DNA of 40,002 nt from a virus: the IMG/VR virus record IMGVR_UViG_3300045988_166899. The stretch is one strand, 5' to 3'. Shown piece by piece: positions 8,141-16,270 of the stretch. Below the pieces are notes generated by a model. That model made no database searches. It saw only the letters and a program-made list of their open reading frames with translations, and was not told the DNA's origin. A program made the translations under genes and the position numbers. Numbering within the stretch: position 1 is the first letter of the stretch; each line of letters begins with the position of its first letter.

Positions 8141-8192
8141 CCTAGCCCCGTAGAAGCCCCGAGAAATCGGGGCTTTTTGATCGGGATTGGGA
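8141..8192 (+). repeat. intergenic element copy 2 incl. intrinsic terminator AGCCCCGA-gaaa-TCGGGGCT+T5 and GGGATTGGGA
   Basis: CCTAGCCCCG at 8141-8150, GGGATTGGGA at 8183-8192. Confidence 0.55.
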
Positions 8193-8225
8193 CGCCGATC
8201 CGAACATCAATGCAGGAGAGAGGAA

Positions 8226-8402
8226 ATGGATTTTACCGCATATCAAGCAGACGATTTCACCCGTAGCCATCCCGTGCTCGTCGGGGAACGCAAGGGTACG
8301 ACGCTCCGGGAACGCCTTGAACGCATCCGCAACAAGGCAAGAAAGGACAGCGTGCGCGAGGCAGCGGAACAATGGCTGAGAAAGATGGAGGCGACGGCAT
8401 GA
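8226..8402 (+). CDS. hypothetical protein
   Basis: MDFTAYQADDF...; SD GAGAGGAA. Confidence 0.45.
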   Translation: MDFTAYQADDFTRSHPVLVGERKGTTLRERLERIRNKARKDSVREAAEQWLRKMEATA

Positions 8403-8557
8403 TTTCCAACGTCTACATGAAGCACGCCAAGGTATCACTGGAACGGCCTAAAAAGGTTGACCGGGCTAGAGTTGCTGCGGTCATCATCTTTATGTCGGTC
8501 ATGCTTGGGATCTGCATTCTTCCACAGATCTTGTACGGGATGGAGGCCATGCGATGA
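8372..8557 (+). CDS. small membrane protein
   Basis: 61 aa; hydrophobic segment VAAVIIFMSVMLGICILPQILY; coupled to next gene (ATGA). Confidence 0.4.
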   Translation: MAEKDGGDGMISNVYMKHAKVSLERPKKVDRARVAAVIIFMSVMLGICILPQILYGMEAMR

Positions 8558-9384
8558 AACCGGAAATGCGGCTCAATGAACCGCCAGAAACCTACCACGC
8601 CACCCGCGCCATCAGCAAAAGCGGCATGGACAAGCTCCGGCAGGCCCCCGCAAAATTCAAAGCTTGGATGGACGGAGTTACAGAAGAGGAAACGGAAGCA
8701 TTCCTTTTCGGTTCTGTTTTCCACTGCCTTGCACTCGAACCCGGAGAATTCGGCAAACGGTACGCCGTAAAGCAATTCAACGGCTCAACCAAGGCGGGCA
8801 AGGAAGAAACCGCGACCGCCAAGGCCGCAGGGCTGGAACTGGTGCCAGCCAAAATACACAATGCAGCTTCGGCAATGGCGGAATCCGTTCTGATTCATCC
8901 TTTGATCGGCAAGTTGATGACTGCAAAGGATAAACGGACGGAAGTCTCTATATACTGGAGCGAAACCGTGGACGGGCTCGAAATTCCATGCAAGGCCCGG
9001 CTGGACATGCTTGCCACCGTGCCGGGGTTCGGGCTCGTCGCCGTTGACCTTAAAAGCACGGACGACGCCAGCCCGGAAGGGTTGGCCCGCTCTGTACTCA
9101 AGTGGGGATATCACAGACAGGCAGTATGGTACCGCCGCGCACTCCGGGCCGTGGGCATGGACTCCAGCGTGTTCGTGCTCGTCGCCGTCGAAAAGACCGC
9201 CCCCCACCTTGTCACCGCCGCCAACGTCAGCGAGGCCGCGCAGCAAGTCGGACTTGAAGAAATCAAGGACGCACTCAGCACATACGCATCCTGCACCAAG
9301 TCCGGCCTCTGGCCCGGATACGTTTCTGAAATCATCGATCTTGACCTGCCCGAATGGGCTTACAAGAGGAGATTCGCCGCATGA
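8554..9384 (+). CDS. PD-(D/E)XK-family phage exonuclease (RecT partner)
   Basis: 276 aa; VAVDLKST / HRQAVWYRRAL...VFVLVAVEK resemble PDDEXK (YqaJ/Cas4-like) nuclease motifs; ATGA-coupled to recT. Confidence 0.65.
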   Translation: MKPEMRLNEPPETYHATRAISKSGMDKLRQAPAKFKAWMDGVTEEETEAFLFGSVFHCLALEPGEFGKRYAVKQFNGSTKAGKEETATAKAAGLELVPAKIHNAASAMAESVLIHPLIGKLMTAKDKRTEVSIYWSETVDGLEIPCKARLDMLATVPGFGLVAVDLKSTDDASPEGLARSVLKWGYHRQAVWYRRALRAVGMDSSVFVLVAVEKTAPHLVTAANVSEAAQQVGLEEIKDALSTYASCTKSGLWPGYVSEIIDLDLPEWAYKRRFAA

Positions 9385-10295
9385 GTCAACTTGTACAGCA
9401 GAACAATATCACAGACCTTATCAAATCGCAGATGCCCGCCATTGCTTTGGTGATGAATGGCACATCGGAAAGGGAGCGGAAAATCAAGGCAGAACGTTTT
9501 GCACGTATCTGTCTGACCGCTGTCCGTAAAAATCCAAAACTCATGAAGTGCTCGCAAGAAAGCTTTGCAGCGGCTCTTATGAACTGTGCACAGCTCAACC
9601 TTGAGCCCAATACGCCGCAGGAATTGGCATATCTTATTCCCTATAAGGATGAATGCCAATTTCAAATTGGATACAAAGGGTTTCTACAGCTCGTATATCG
9701 TTCTGGCATTGTCTCATCATTCAATGCCGATGTTGTATACAGGGCTGAGGTTGAAAACGGTATGTTCGAATACCGTAAAGGGATCACACCAACCATTACC
9801 CACAAAGTCGATCTACTGCATCCAGAAGCCCGCGAGGGAGAACTTATTGCGGCCTATGCAGCATGTACGCTCAAGGGCGGCGGTGAGGGGATGCTTCGAC
9901 TTGTTGATAAAAAGGACATCGAGCGCGCACAAAAGACTAGCGCCAGTCTCGCCGCGAACAAAAAGTATGGAAAGGACAGCCCGTGGATTTCTTCTCCAGA
10001 AGCCATGTGGATGAAGACAGCCATCAAACGTCTTGCTGCTTGGCTTCCTCAGACGGAAATGCTGGCAATGGCCGTTGACCTCGACGACAAGTCAGAACGC
10101 GGGGAATCCCAACTTGTTCTTCCTGAATTGACGCCGACAGATGGCCTAAACGCGGCACTCACGGGAAGCACGCCGGAAGCGCAGCCAGCCCCCGCCGTCA
10201 ATCTGATCACCTGTCCGAAAACTGAAAAACAGGTGAACGATTTTAAGTGCTTCGAATGTGACCAGCACGCCCAATGCCCCGCGTGGGCAGAATAA
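9381..10295 (+). CDS. recT: RecT-family single-strand annealing recombinase
   Basis: YLIPYKDECQFQIGYKGFLQLVYRSG typical RecT core; AGAGGA SD. Confidence 0.85.
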   Translation: MSQLVQQNNITDLIKSQMPAIALVMNGTSERERKIKAERFARICLTAVRKNPKLMKCSQESFAAALMNCAQLNLEPNTPQELAYLIPYKDECQFQIGYKGFLQLVYRSGIVSSFNADVVYRAEVENGMFEYRKGITPTITHKVDLLHPEAREGELIAAYAACTLKGGGEGMLRLVDKKDIERAQKTSASLAANKKYGKDSPWISSPEAMWMKTAIKRLAAWLPQTEMLAMAVDLDDKSERGESQLVLPELTPTDGLNAALTGSTPEAQPAPAVNLITCPKTEKQVNDFKCFECDQHAQCPAWAE

Positions 10296-10301
10296 CCACC
10301 C

Positions 10302-10331
10302 CGGCCCGGCTCACCACCGGGCCTTTCTTTT
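10302..10331 (+). terminator. intrinsic terminator GGCCCGG-ctcacca-CCGGGCC + TTTCTTTT
   Basis: read directly. Confidence 0.7.
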
Positions 10332-10342
10332 GAGGTAATGCC

Positions 10343-10636
10343 ATGAACAAATCTGATTTCGTCATAATGGTTCGAGCTTCCGACACCACGGACATCATGA
10401 CCTCAATCGAGAAGGCCGAATGTGTCGTCAATCAGGTATTGGATACGCTCCAACGGGCTATCGTGAAACATCATTCCCTGAAAATTCAGGGCTTCGGCGT
10501 GTTCGAAGTCGTGGACGTGCCCGCCCGCCAAGGTCGCAATCCGCGCACCGGGGAAAGCATTCCCATTCCCGCGCACAAGACCGTGAAGTTTAGGCCTGGC
10601 AAGGAACTGCGGGGGGCGGTGAACCGTGGACAGTGA
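10343..10636 (+). CDS. HU/IHF-family DNA-binding protein
   Basis: 97 aa; RNPRTGESIPIPAHKTVKFRPGKELR arm motif. Confidence 0.85.
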   Translation: MNKSDFVIMVRASDTTDIMTSIEKAECVVNQVLDTLQRAIVKHHSLKIQGFGVFEVVDVPARQGRNPRTGESIPIPAHKTVKFRPGKELRGAVNRGQ

Positions 10637-10874
10637 CGCCCTCCCCGAAATCAGACTAAAATGTCCTGATTTGGCATCGATAATTCCGGGGCGTCGTTTC
10701 CTCTACCGAGCCAAGGTAGGCGGCGAACGTCAAACCGTCACCGTTACGGCCTCCTGTGCCCCGTATCCCCGTGATTTCGGGAAAGGCCGCAAAGCTATGT
10801 ACGTCAACGTGTACGGCTACGAGGGGAAATGGACGGTTCCCGCAAGCAAACTGAGGATTGCGGAGAAAGTATGA
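10626..10874 (+). CDS. hypothetical protein
   Basis: 82 aa ORF overlapping neighbours. Confidence 0.4.
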   Translation: MDSDALPEIRLKCPDLASIIPGRRFLYRAKVGGERQTVTVTASCAPYPRDFGKGRKAMYVNVYGYEGKWTVPASKLRIAEKV

Positions 10875-11209
10875 AAGTAAAAAAATATGTCTGTCCGATA
10901 TGTCATAAAGAGTATCCTACATATCAGCAAGCTGAAAGATGTCTTGATGACTGTAAAGACAATGCTTCTGTGGAAGAATTTCTATGTAACTTTGAAGATC
11001 TACACGGATACGAGATCGACAGCATTATCGGAAAGTGCATAAGCTGCGAACACTGCGATGGTAAAGGTACATATTTCGCAGCTTGTCCGTTGAAAGCAAC
11101 CGGGAAAAAACGCGAAGGATGTGCAGCGTATATTCCCGCACACGATCTGCATATTGTTTGCTCTCGATATAACTATCTCCAAAAGATCGGACAGTTACCT
11201 CAATATTGA
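10871..11209 (+). CDS. Cys-rich (zinc-binding?) hypothetical protein, AT-rich
   Basis: MKVKKYVCPICHKEY...CISCEHCDGKG; GGAGA SD; local GC dip. Confidence 0.5.
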   Translation: MKVKKYVCPICHKEYPTYQQAERCLDDCKDNASVEEFLCNFEDLHGYEIDSIIGKCISCEHCDGKGTYFAACPLKATGKKREGCAAYIPAHDLHIVCSRYNYLQKIGQLPQY

Positions 11210-11219
11210 AGCACCCCAC

Positions 11220-11246
11220 GCCCCGCCCTCCCCCGGCGGGGCTTTT
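11220..11246 (+). terminator. intrinsic terminator GCCCCGCC-loop-GGCGGGGC + TTTT
   Basis: read directly. Confidence 0.6.
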
Positions 11247-11297
11247 CATACCCCAAACCGTGGGCCGCGCATACGAAGCACGCGGAAAGGGGAAAAC

Positions 11298-11558
11298 ATG
11301 AACTTCGGACAAGCTCTTGAAGCTTTAAAAGTCGACAAACGTGTTGCGCGGGCAGGATGGAACGGCAAAGGTATGTGGTTGCGTCTCGTTCATTCTGAAG
11401 ATGTTCGCACCTGTTCGGATTTCTGGGGCGAAGAAGTCAACGCCGATCCTCCCTGCCTGTTGCCATGGATCGGGATGAAAACAGCAGACTATCGTTTCGT
11501 TCCTTGGCTGGCGAGCCAAACGGACATGCTCGCGGAAGACTGGGAAATCATCGAATGA
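11298..11558 (+). CDS. tad2: DUF2829-family protein, Tad2-like (Thoeris anti-defense 2) candidate
   Basis: 86 aa; MNFGQALEALKVDKRVARAGWNGKGMWL... and C-terminal PWLASQTDMLAEDWEII match DUF2829 hallmark motifs. Confidence 0.65.
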   Translation: MNFGQALEALKVDKRVARAGWNGKGMWLRLVHSEDVRTCSDFWGEEVNADPPCLLPWIGMKTADYRFVPWLASQTDMLAEDWEIIE

Positions 11559-11644
11559 CGAAATGGGAAAGGCGGCTCACGTGGGTGTGGGTCGCCTTCT
11601 TCGTGTGGGTGGTCTGGATGGTGTGCAGGGGCGCGGCTGCATGA
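11555..11644 (+). CDS. micro-ORF, 29-aa hydrophobic peptide MTKWERRLTWVWVAFFVWVVWMVCRGAAA
   Basis: ATGA overlap with tad2-like stop; below ORF-track cutoff. Confidence 0.25.
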   Translation: MTKWERRLTWVWVAFFVWVVWMVCRGAAA

Positions 11645-11663
11645 ACAACGCGTGGGGTGAAAT

Positions 11664-11996
11664 ATGCTGACGGATAAGGAAAAAAGGTGGCTGGAATTTC
11701 GGAAAGACGTGTGCTTCCGGTGCAAGAAGCGCAGGCAGACATGTAGCCTTCAACTTCGTGATGATTGCCGGAAGGCTGGATACCCCATTCGTGATTTGGC
11801 GATGGTGATCCCGCCAGACTACCGCGACGCCGCCGAGTTCGAGGCGAGGGTGGCGGCAAGGCTAGCTGGAGCATGGGCAATCGGAGAGGACATGTGCTTT
11901 AACAACCACTGTCAACTCTTTGCCAAAGACCGTTGTACAGCCTGTTACCTCAAGAACGCCCGTATCGCCGTTGAAGAGGAGATGGACAATGAGTGA
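11664..11996 (+). CDS. Cys-rich small protein A
   Basis: CFRCKKRRQTC...CFNNHCQ...CTAC; SD GGGGTGA. Confidence 0.5.
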   Translation: MLTDKEKRWLEFRKDVCFRCKKRRQTCSLQLRDDCRKAGYPIRDLAMVIPPDYRDAAEFEARVAARLAGAWAIGEDMCFNNHCQLFAKDRCTACYLKNARIAVEEEMDNE

Positions 11997-12192
11997 AACC
12001 TCCCTTGAATCCATTATGCAGTGCTCGAAAGAGGCAATTGCGCGGGCGTATATGTGCCGGGCATATGTGACAGTTCCCATCGGGGAATGTCCCGACCCGT
12101 ATTGTCGGGTGAGAGGATGCAAGACATGCGGACGGGTAACGCCTCAAGCTTGGGAAGAAGTGTTGAACAACGCGCAGGAGAAGAGAGGATGA
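11989..12192 (+). CDS. Cys-rich small protein B (paralog of C)
   Basis: MSETSLESIMQCSKEAIARAYMCRAY...CKTCGRVTPQAW; ATGAGTGA overlap with A. Confidence 0.5.
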   Translation: MSETSLESIMQCSKEAIARAYMCRAYVTVPIGECPDPYCRVRGCKTCGRVTPQAWEEVLNNAQEKRG

Positions 12193-12512
12193 AGATAGAA
12201 GATCTTGAAAAGTATTCCAAACGGGCTCTGATACGCGCTTATCTATGCGCGCACAGCGAGGGACAGTCCGGGTGCCCAGCGGGAGGCGGTGAGCACTGCA
12301 AGATGATGAAGGGATGCCGAAAAGTCACTCCAGCTGATTGGTATAATGAGGACGTACTGCCAGAGTACAAAGACTTCCCCCCAACACAGCTTGCCGAACG
12401 ATGCCGCCGTGGTGCGTGCCCAGTGGAAAATGGCTGTTGCCCATTCTGGCCCACGCCTGACGGATGGTGTTGTCTTGTTACTGATCAAATGTGGGAGGAC
12501 ATAGCGGAATGA
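12189..12512 (+). CDS. Cys-rich small protein C (paralog of B)
   Basis: MKIEDLEKYSKRALIRAYLCAHS...CKMMKGCRKVTPADW; ATGA overlap with B. Confidence 0.5.
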   Translation: MKIEDLEKYSKRALIRAYLCAHSEGQSGCPAGGGEHCKMMKGCRKVTPADWYNEDVLPEYKDFPPTQLAERCRRGACPVENGCCPFWPTPDGWCCLVTDQMWEDIAE

Positions 12513-12853
12513 CCGCACAAGAATGGCTTGACGAACTGGAACGGCTTAGGAAGGCGGCGATCATGCCGCCCTATTATCTCAGGAAGAAACTCTTTTTTGG
12601 AGAGGATGAAGAAGAATACTACATCACCGATAAAGAAGAGCGCATCATCTGCCGGATGAAATACATGTCCACAGAACCGGATAACGCCGCATACATCGTC
12701 GCCGCGTGCAACGCAGTGCCGAGGCTGGTGGAGATGATAAAATACTTATCCGAAGAGGCAAGCGGGGAAGCTGGCGGTCCCGGAGAATGGTTTATGCGGA
12801 CGTCGGAAGAAGTCCTTCAAGACGCATATCAAGCTACGGAGCCGAAAGAATGA
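12509..12853 (+). CDS. hypothetical protein
   Basis: 114 aa; ATGA coupled both sides. Confidence 0.5.
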   Translation: MTAQEWLDELERLRKAAIMPPYYLRKKLFFGEDEEEYYITDKEERIICRMKYMSTEPDNAAYIVAACNAVPRLVEMIKYLSEEASGEAGGPGEWFMRTSEEVLQDAYQATEPKE

Positions 12854-13338
12854 TCACCCCCGAAGAACTCGACTACATCCGAACCGCCGCCATTGGCGAC
12901 ATGCTCGGAGACTCCACGGAGCTCGACAAACTCGGACCAGCAGCTACCATTTTTAGGCTGTGCCGGGAACTGGAACTATCGCGGAAACACGCCGTCACCA
13001 TGTCAGAAGTAGCAGCCGCAGCGTGGGGCGGGGAAATCCCGTCACCGTTGCCCGGTCATACTCACATAACCGAAGAAGACTTTTCCGAAAGATATAACTG
13101 CCCTTGGTGTGGCGGTTCTGGTCACATCGACGATTGCGATGAAGCAGACAAACAGGTCAAGGCTCAACTGGAACGGCTGGATCGGGAAGCGGATGTCCTC
13201 AGTATCTGGCTTGCAAACGCATATATCGACATTGATTTACTGCCCGAGATCGATTCCGGTGCTATGAATCCGCCGTTGCCTGAAGATGTACGGGAAGCCG
13301 CTCGCGAGGCAGTCAGAACAGATGAACTCCAAACATGA
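12850..13338 (+). CDS. hypothetical protein with CPWCGG motif
   Basis: 162 aa; ATGA coupled. Confidence 0.5.
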   Translation: MITPEELDYIRTAAIGDMLGDSTELDKLGPAATIFRLCRELELSRKHAVTMSEVAAAAWGGEIPSPLPGHTHITEEDFSERYNCPWCGGSGHIDDCDEADKQVKAQLERLDREADVLSIWLANAYIDIDLLPEIDSGAMNPPLPEDVREAAREAVRTDELQT

Positions 13339-13516
13339 AAGAAATGCCGCAAGGGTATGGGAATTGGCAGAATTGCTTGCCATCTCTGGCGGATGTGAAG
13401 GATGTAATCTCAGGGGACTGCACAGTTGTCAGGATATCGTATCCAGAAAACTGTGCTGGATCAAAAAGGCCGATGAGATGATTAAAAGGCGCAAGGCCGT
13501 GAAGGAAGGGAGATGA
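13322..13516 (+). CDS. small hypothetical protein
   Basis: 64 aa; ends ATGA-coupled to HTH gene. Confidence 0.35.
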   Translation: MNSKHERNAARVWELAELLAISGGCEGCNLRGLHSCQDIVSRKLCWIKKADEMIKRRKAVKEGR

Positions 13517-13830
13517 ACACCACAGTACAAAAAGCCATTCACGATGGGATGAAAGCGACTGGGATCACACAAACTGAACTAGCTGTTGTCTTACGCAGCA
13601 GAGCGCGTGCTTCCGAGATTATTAATGGGAAAAGGGAGCTAAGGATGACTGAACTGCTTGTACTTTCATATCTGCTTCATATCCCGCTTGAAACGCTGAT
13701 GCCTCCTCTTAGTGAAGAGGATAAGCTGCATATCGACTCGCTCATTGCTTGGGAGAGAAAACTTCAAGAGACAAGATATATAAAAAAAAGAACTTCTAAA
13801 CGGAGTAAGGAATCATGTCCGAAGAACTGA
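13513..13830 (+). CDS. XRE-family HTH protein, HigA-antitoxin-like
   Basis: GITQTELAVVLRSRARASEIINGKREL matches HigA-type HTH; no HigB-like partner seen. Confidence 0.65.
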   Translation: MNTTVQKAIHDGMKATGITQTELAVVLRSRARASEIINGKRELRMTELLVLSYLLHIPLETLMPPLSEEDKLHIDSLIAWERKLQETRYIKKRTSKRSKESCPKN

Positions 13831-14045
13831 CGTTGCTACCGTGCCCACTGTGTCAAGCAAGAGCACACGTTGAATGCCACAATGGAAAGTTCCGTGTGAT
13901 ATGTAAAGGCGAATCAGGATGTCCATTCAGAATGGGCGGAAAGTGGTTTGTTTTTCCCGATGAGTGCTATGACTGGTGGAACGCCCCCCCGAGCGCTGGA
14001 GTGGACGGACGAGCCGCCGAAGGTGTCTGGGTGGTACTGGTATAA
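13815..14045 (+). CDS. lar: Lar-family restriction alleviation-like zinc-ribbon protein (ORF runs through a C7 tract)
   Basis: LLPCPLCQARAHVEC...GCPF...ECYDWWNAPP resembles Lar CPFC...C..CG...AIxAWN architecture. Confidence 0.5.
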   Translation: MSEELTLLPCPLCQARAHVECHNGKFRVICKGESGCPFRMGGKWFVFPDECYDWWNAPPSAGVDGRAAEGVWVVLV

Positions 14046-14299
14046 AACATCTTCACACCTTGGGATTACGAAGTTCCCCGAATTATGCGACAGAACAAGA
14101 GAGGGCTGGCAATGGGCAGGCCCCATCCCCGAACCCCGCATACACAGAGTGCGTATTGATAGAAACGTTTGTCGGCATGGCCGAAGTGTGGCGCGTCTCT
14201 TGTAATAGAGTTGGATGTCCTGCAAAAACTCTGCTTTTCGATACACTCAAGGAAGCCATAGACGCTTGGAACGCCAAAGCCAAGCACGAACCGAAATAG
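13948..14299 (+). pseudogene. frameshifted DUF551-like + second Lar-like C-terminal segment spread over two frames
   Basis: frame 1: LEWTDEPPKVSGWYWYK (DUF551-like); frame 2: VSCNRVGCPAKTLLFDTLKEAIDAWNAKAK (Lar C-term-like); C7 tract 13984-13990 and GGCCCCATCCCCGAACCCC nearby. Confidence 0.3.
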
Positions 14300-14322
14300 C
14301 CCCGAAAGGGGCTTTTCCTTTT
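14298..14322 (+). terminator. intrinsic terminator AGCCCC-gaaa-GGGGCT + TTTTCCTTTT
   Basis: read directly. Confidence 0.6.
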
Positions 14323-14334
14323 CTGGAGGAGAAC

Positions 14335-14829
14335 ATGCGAAGACCCATCAACCCCGTAATCCCGTACCCAAACGAGGCCATCCAGCACACCCGCTGTGTT
14401 CTGGCCCTGTCCATGATCACCGTGGCGATTTCTTTCCTCAAGCCGGAAATGCTGGCGCATCTTGGCGACCTCGGAAAGCAGGTCGAGAAGGTCAACCGCT
14501 GGATCGACCGATGCGCGGACGACACGCAGAAGCGCAGGCTCTCCGCAGGCGCAAAGCGAGATCTGGATGCCAGGTTCCATATCCTTGCCGGGCATGTCGG
14601 GGACATTCAGGCGGCTTCCGGCGACGCTTCTCGCTGGACGCAATGGGCCGCCGGGATGTGGGCCGGGCTGACCTTCCTTGAGGACTGCCGGAACACCTGC
14701 CCCGCATACTTCCGGGGCCTTCATTGGCACAACCTGCTCAAAACGCTGACCACGCTGTGCAATACACTCGAAAAGGTCGACCCGCAGATCGCTGAGATCG
14801 GGACGCGGGTGTACGAGCGGGCCGCGTAG
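14335..14829 (+). CDS. hypothetical protein
   Basis: 164 aa from MRRPINPV; GGAGGAG SD; ORF-track upstream extension rejected. Confidence 0.55.
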   Translation: MRRPINPVIPYPNEAIQHTRCVLALSMITVAISFLKPEMLAHLGDLGKQVEKVNRWIDRCADDTQKRRLSAGAKRDLDARFHILAGHVGDIQAASGDASRWTQWAAGMWAGLTFLEDCRNTCPAYFRGLHWHNLLKTLTTLCNTLEKVDPQIAEIGTRVYERAA

Positions 14830-14843
14830 GGAGGACAAGAAAT

Positions 14844-15056
14844 ATGGAAACGACAATCTCGGAAATCCGCTCAATCGTACAGCGGCGTCGGGAGTTAGAG
14901 ATTGAAGACCAACGCCTCAACCAACGGTTTCTCGAACTGCTCGAACTCAACCAAGGGGCTAGAAAATCATCTCGTGATACGCTATCCCCCAAAGCAGGGA
15001 AGGCGTTTTTTGCTGACGTGAAAAGGAAATCCCATGAGCGTAGCAAAGCGCGGTGA
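14844..15056 (+). CDS. small coiled-coil protein upstream of integrase (role unknown)
   Basis: 70 aa; GGGAGGA SD; overlaps int start. Confidence 0.45.
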   Translation: METTISEIRSIVQRRRELEIEDQRLNQRFLELLELNQGARKSSRDTLSPKAGKAFFADVKRKSHERSKAR

Positions 15057-16092
15057 CGGCAGATGGGCCGTCAAGTTCAAGGATGAGGAGGGGCGCTGGA
15101 GACAGCGCTCTTTCCGTACTGAGGAAGATGCCCGGCAGTTCGATGCGGATTGCCAGTATGATGCGGTAGAAAACACACGCCTGACGCTGTTGGAGGCGGT
15201 GCTGGTGTACCTAAAAAATACCGAACACGCCGAGAACACCGTAGGAATTTATGAGTTCATTGTGTGCGGGCATGATCGAAAGAATGGGGAACACAGAGAG
15301 GGTCCAGCGGAGTTCCTTGCAAACAGATTCGTGGATACATTGACTCGTCGTGACCTCGAAACTGTACGTGAACGGTGCAGGAATGACGGCCTCTCAACAG
15401 CGAGTATCAATATCTATGTCGGAAAGATCAAGGCTGCACTCAGTTGGTGCGTTGAACAAGACTTACTCCATGAAAACCCTTGGGGGAAATATCGACAACT
15501 CCCCGGCGTAAGAAACAAGCCACGGACAGGAACATTGGAAGACTTCCACAAACTCTTTCCTGTGCTCCCGCCGTGGCTTCAATGGGCAGCAAAAACAGCC
15601 ATTGCCCTATGCTTACGTCCCGGCGTGTCCGAACTTTTCCGATTGGAATGGTCGGCATTCGACTGGAAGGCTAGAACCGTGAGCGTTTACATGCCCAAAG
15701 TAGATAGCACCAAAATGGTATTTCCACCAGAGGAATATCTTCAGGAGGCATGGGTACGCTACCAAGATGATGCGATAAACGGACAAAGTTTGGTTTGTAG
15801 AAATAGAAAGGGAGGACGTGTGAATAAAGGGCTTTATGAGATTGCATGGAGGCGGGCTTGCCGAAAGGCCGAAGTGTCTATGCCTATGTATGCCCTGCGA
15901 CATATCGCCGCGTCCGAGATGCTTTCAAGAGGCGTGGACATCGCCGCAATAGCTGCGCAGCTTGGGCACAAAGATATTACCACCACAGGTATTTTTTACA
16001 CACACGCTCTCGCCTCTTCCCAACGTCGAGCGGCGGCCGCACTCTCTTCTTGCACCAATTTGGTGCAGATTGGTGCGGTAAACGGCATCTAA
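15034..16092 (+). CDS. int: tyrosine integrase
   Basis: 352 aa; N-terminal arm-binding-like RGDGRWAVKF; C-terminal LRHIAASEMLSRGVDIAAIAAQLGHKDITTTGIFYTH catalytic region (R..H..Y). Confidence 0.9.
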   Translation: MSVAKRGDGRWAVKFKDEEGRWRQRSFRTEEDARQFDADCQYDAVENTRLTLLEAVLVYLKNTEHAENTVGIYEFIVCGHDRKNGEHREGPAEFLANRFVDTLTRRDLETVRERCRNDGLSTASINIYVGKIKAALSWCVEQDLLHENPWGKYRQLPGVRNKPRTGTLEDFHKLFPVLPPWLQWAAKTAIALCLRPGVSELFRLEWSAFDWKARTVSVYMPKVDSTKMVFPPEEYLQEAWVRYQDDAINGQSLVCRNRKGGRVNKGLYEIAWRRACRKAEVSMPMYALRHIAASEMLSRGVDIAAIAAQLGHKDITTTGIFYTHALASSQRRAAAALSSCTNLVQIGAVNGI

Positions 16093-16203
16093 AACAAACC
16101 TTATCAGTAACTTATGTAAAAACTTTGCTTTTTCCGCGAAAAAGCACATACATAATTTATTCCAATAAATAACGAACATCCTGCACCAAGCAGCTTGGTG
16201 CAG
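16051..16203. other. candidate attP: inverted repeats TGCACCAAtTTGGTGCA (16051-16067) and CTGCACCAAGcAGCTTGGTGCAG (16181-16203) flanking AT-rich core incl. palindrome GCTTTTTCCGCGAAAAAGC
   Basis: read directly; immediately 3' of int. Confidence 0.4.
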
Positions 16204-16270
16204 ACGGCAAAAAGCGTCTTCCCAACGCCTCAAAAAAGTGAGCATCGGTATGCTGTGTGAATGCGAAAAC

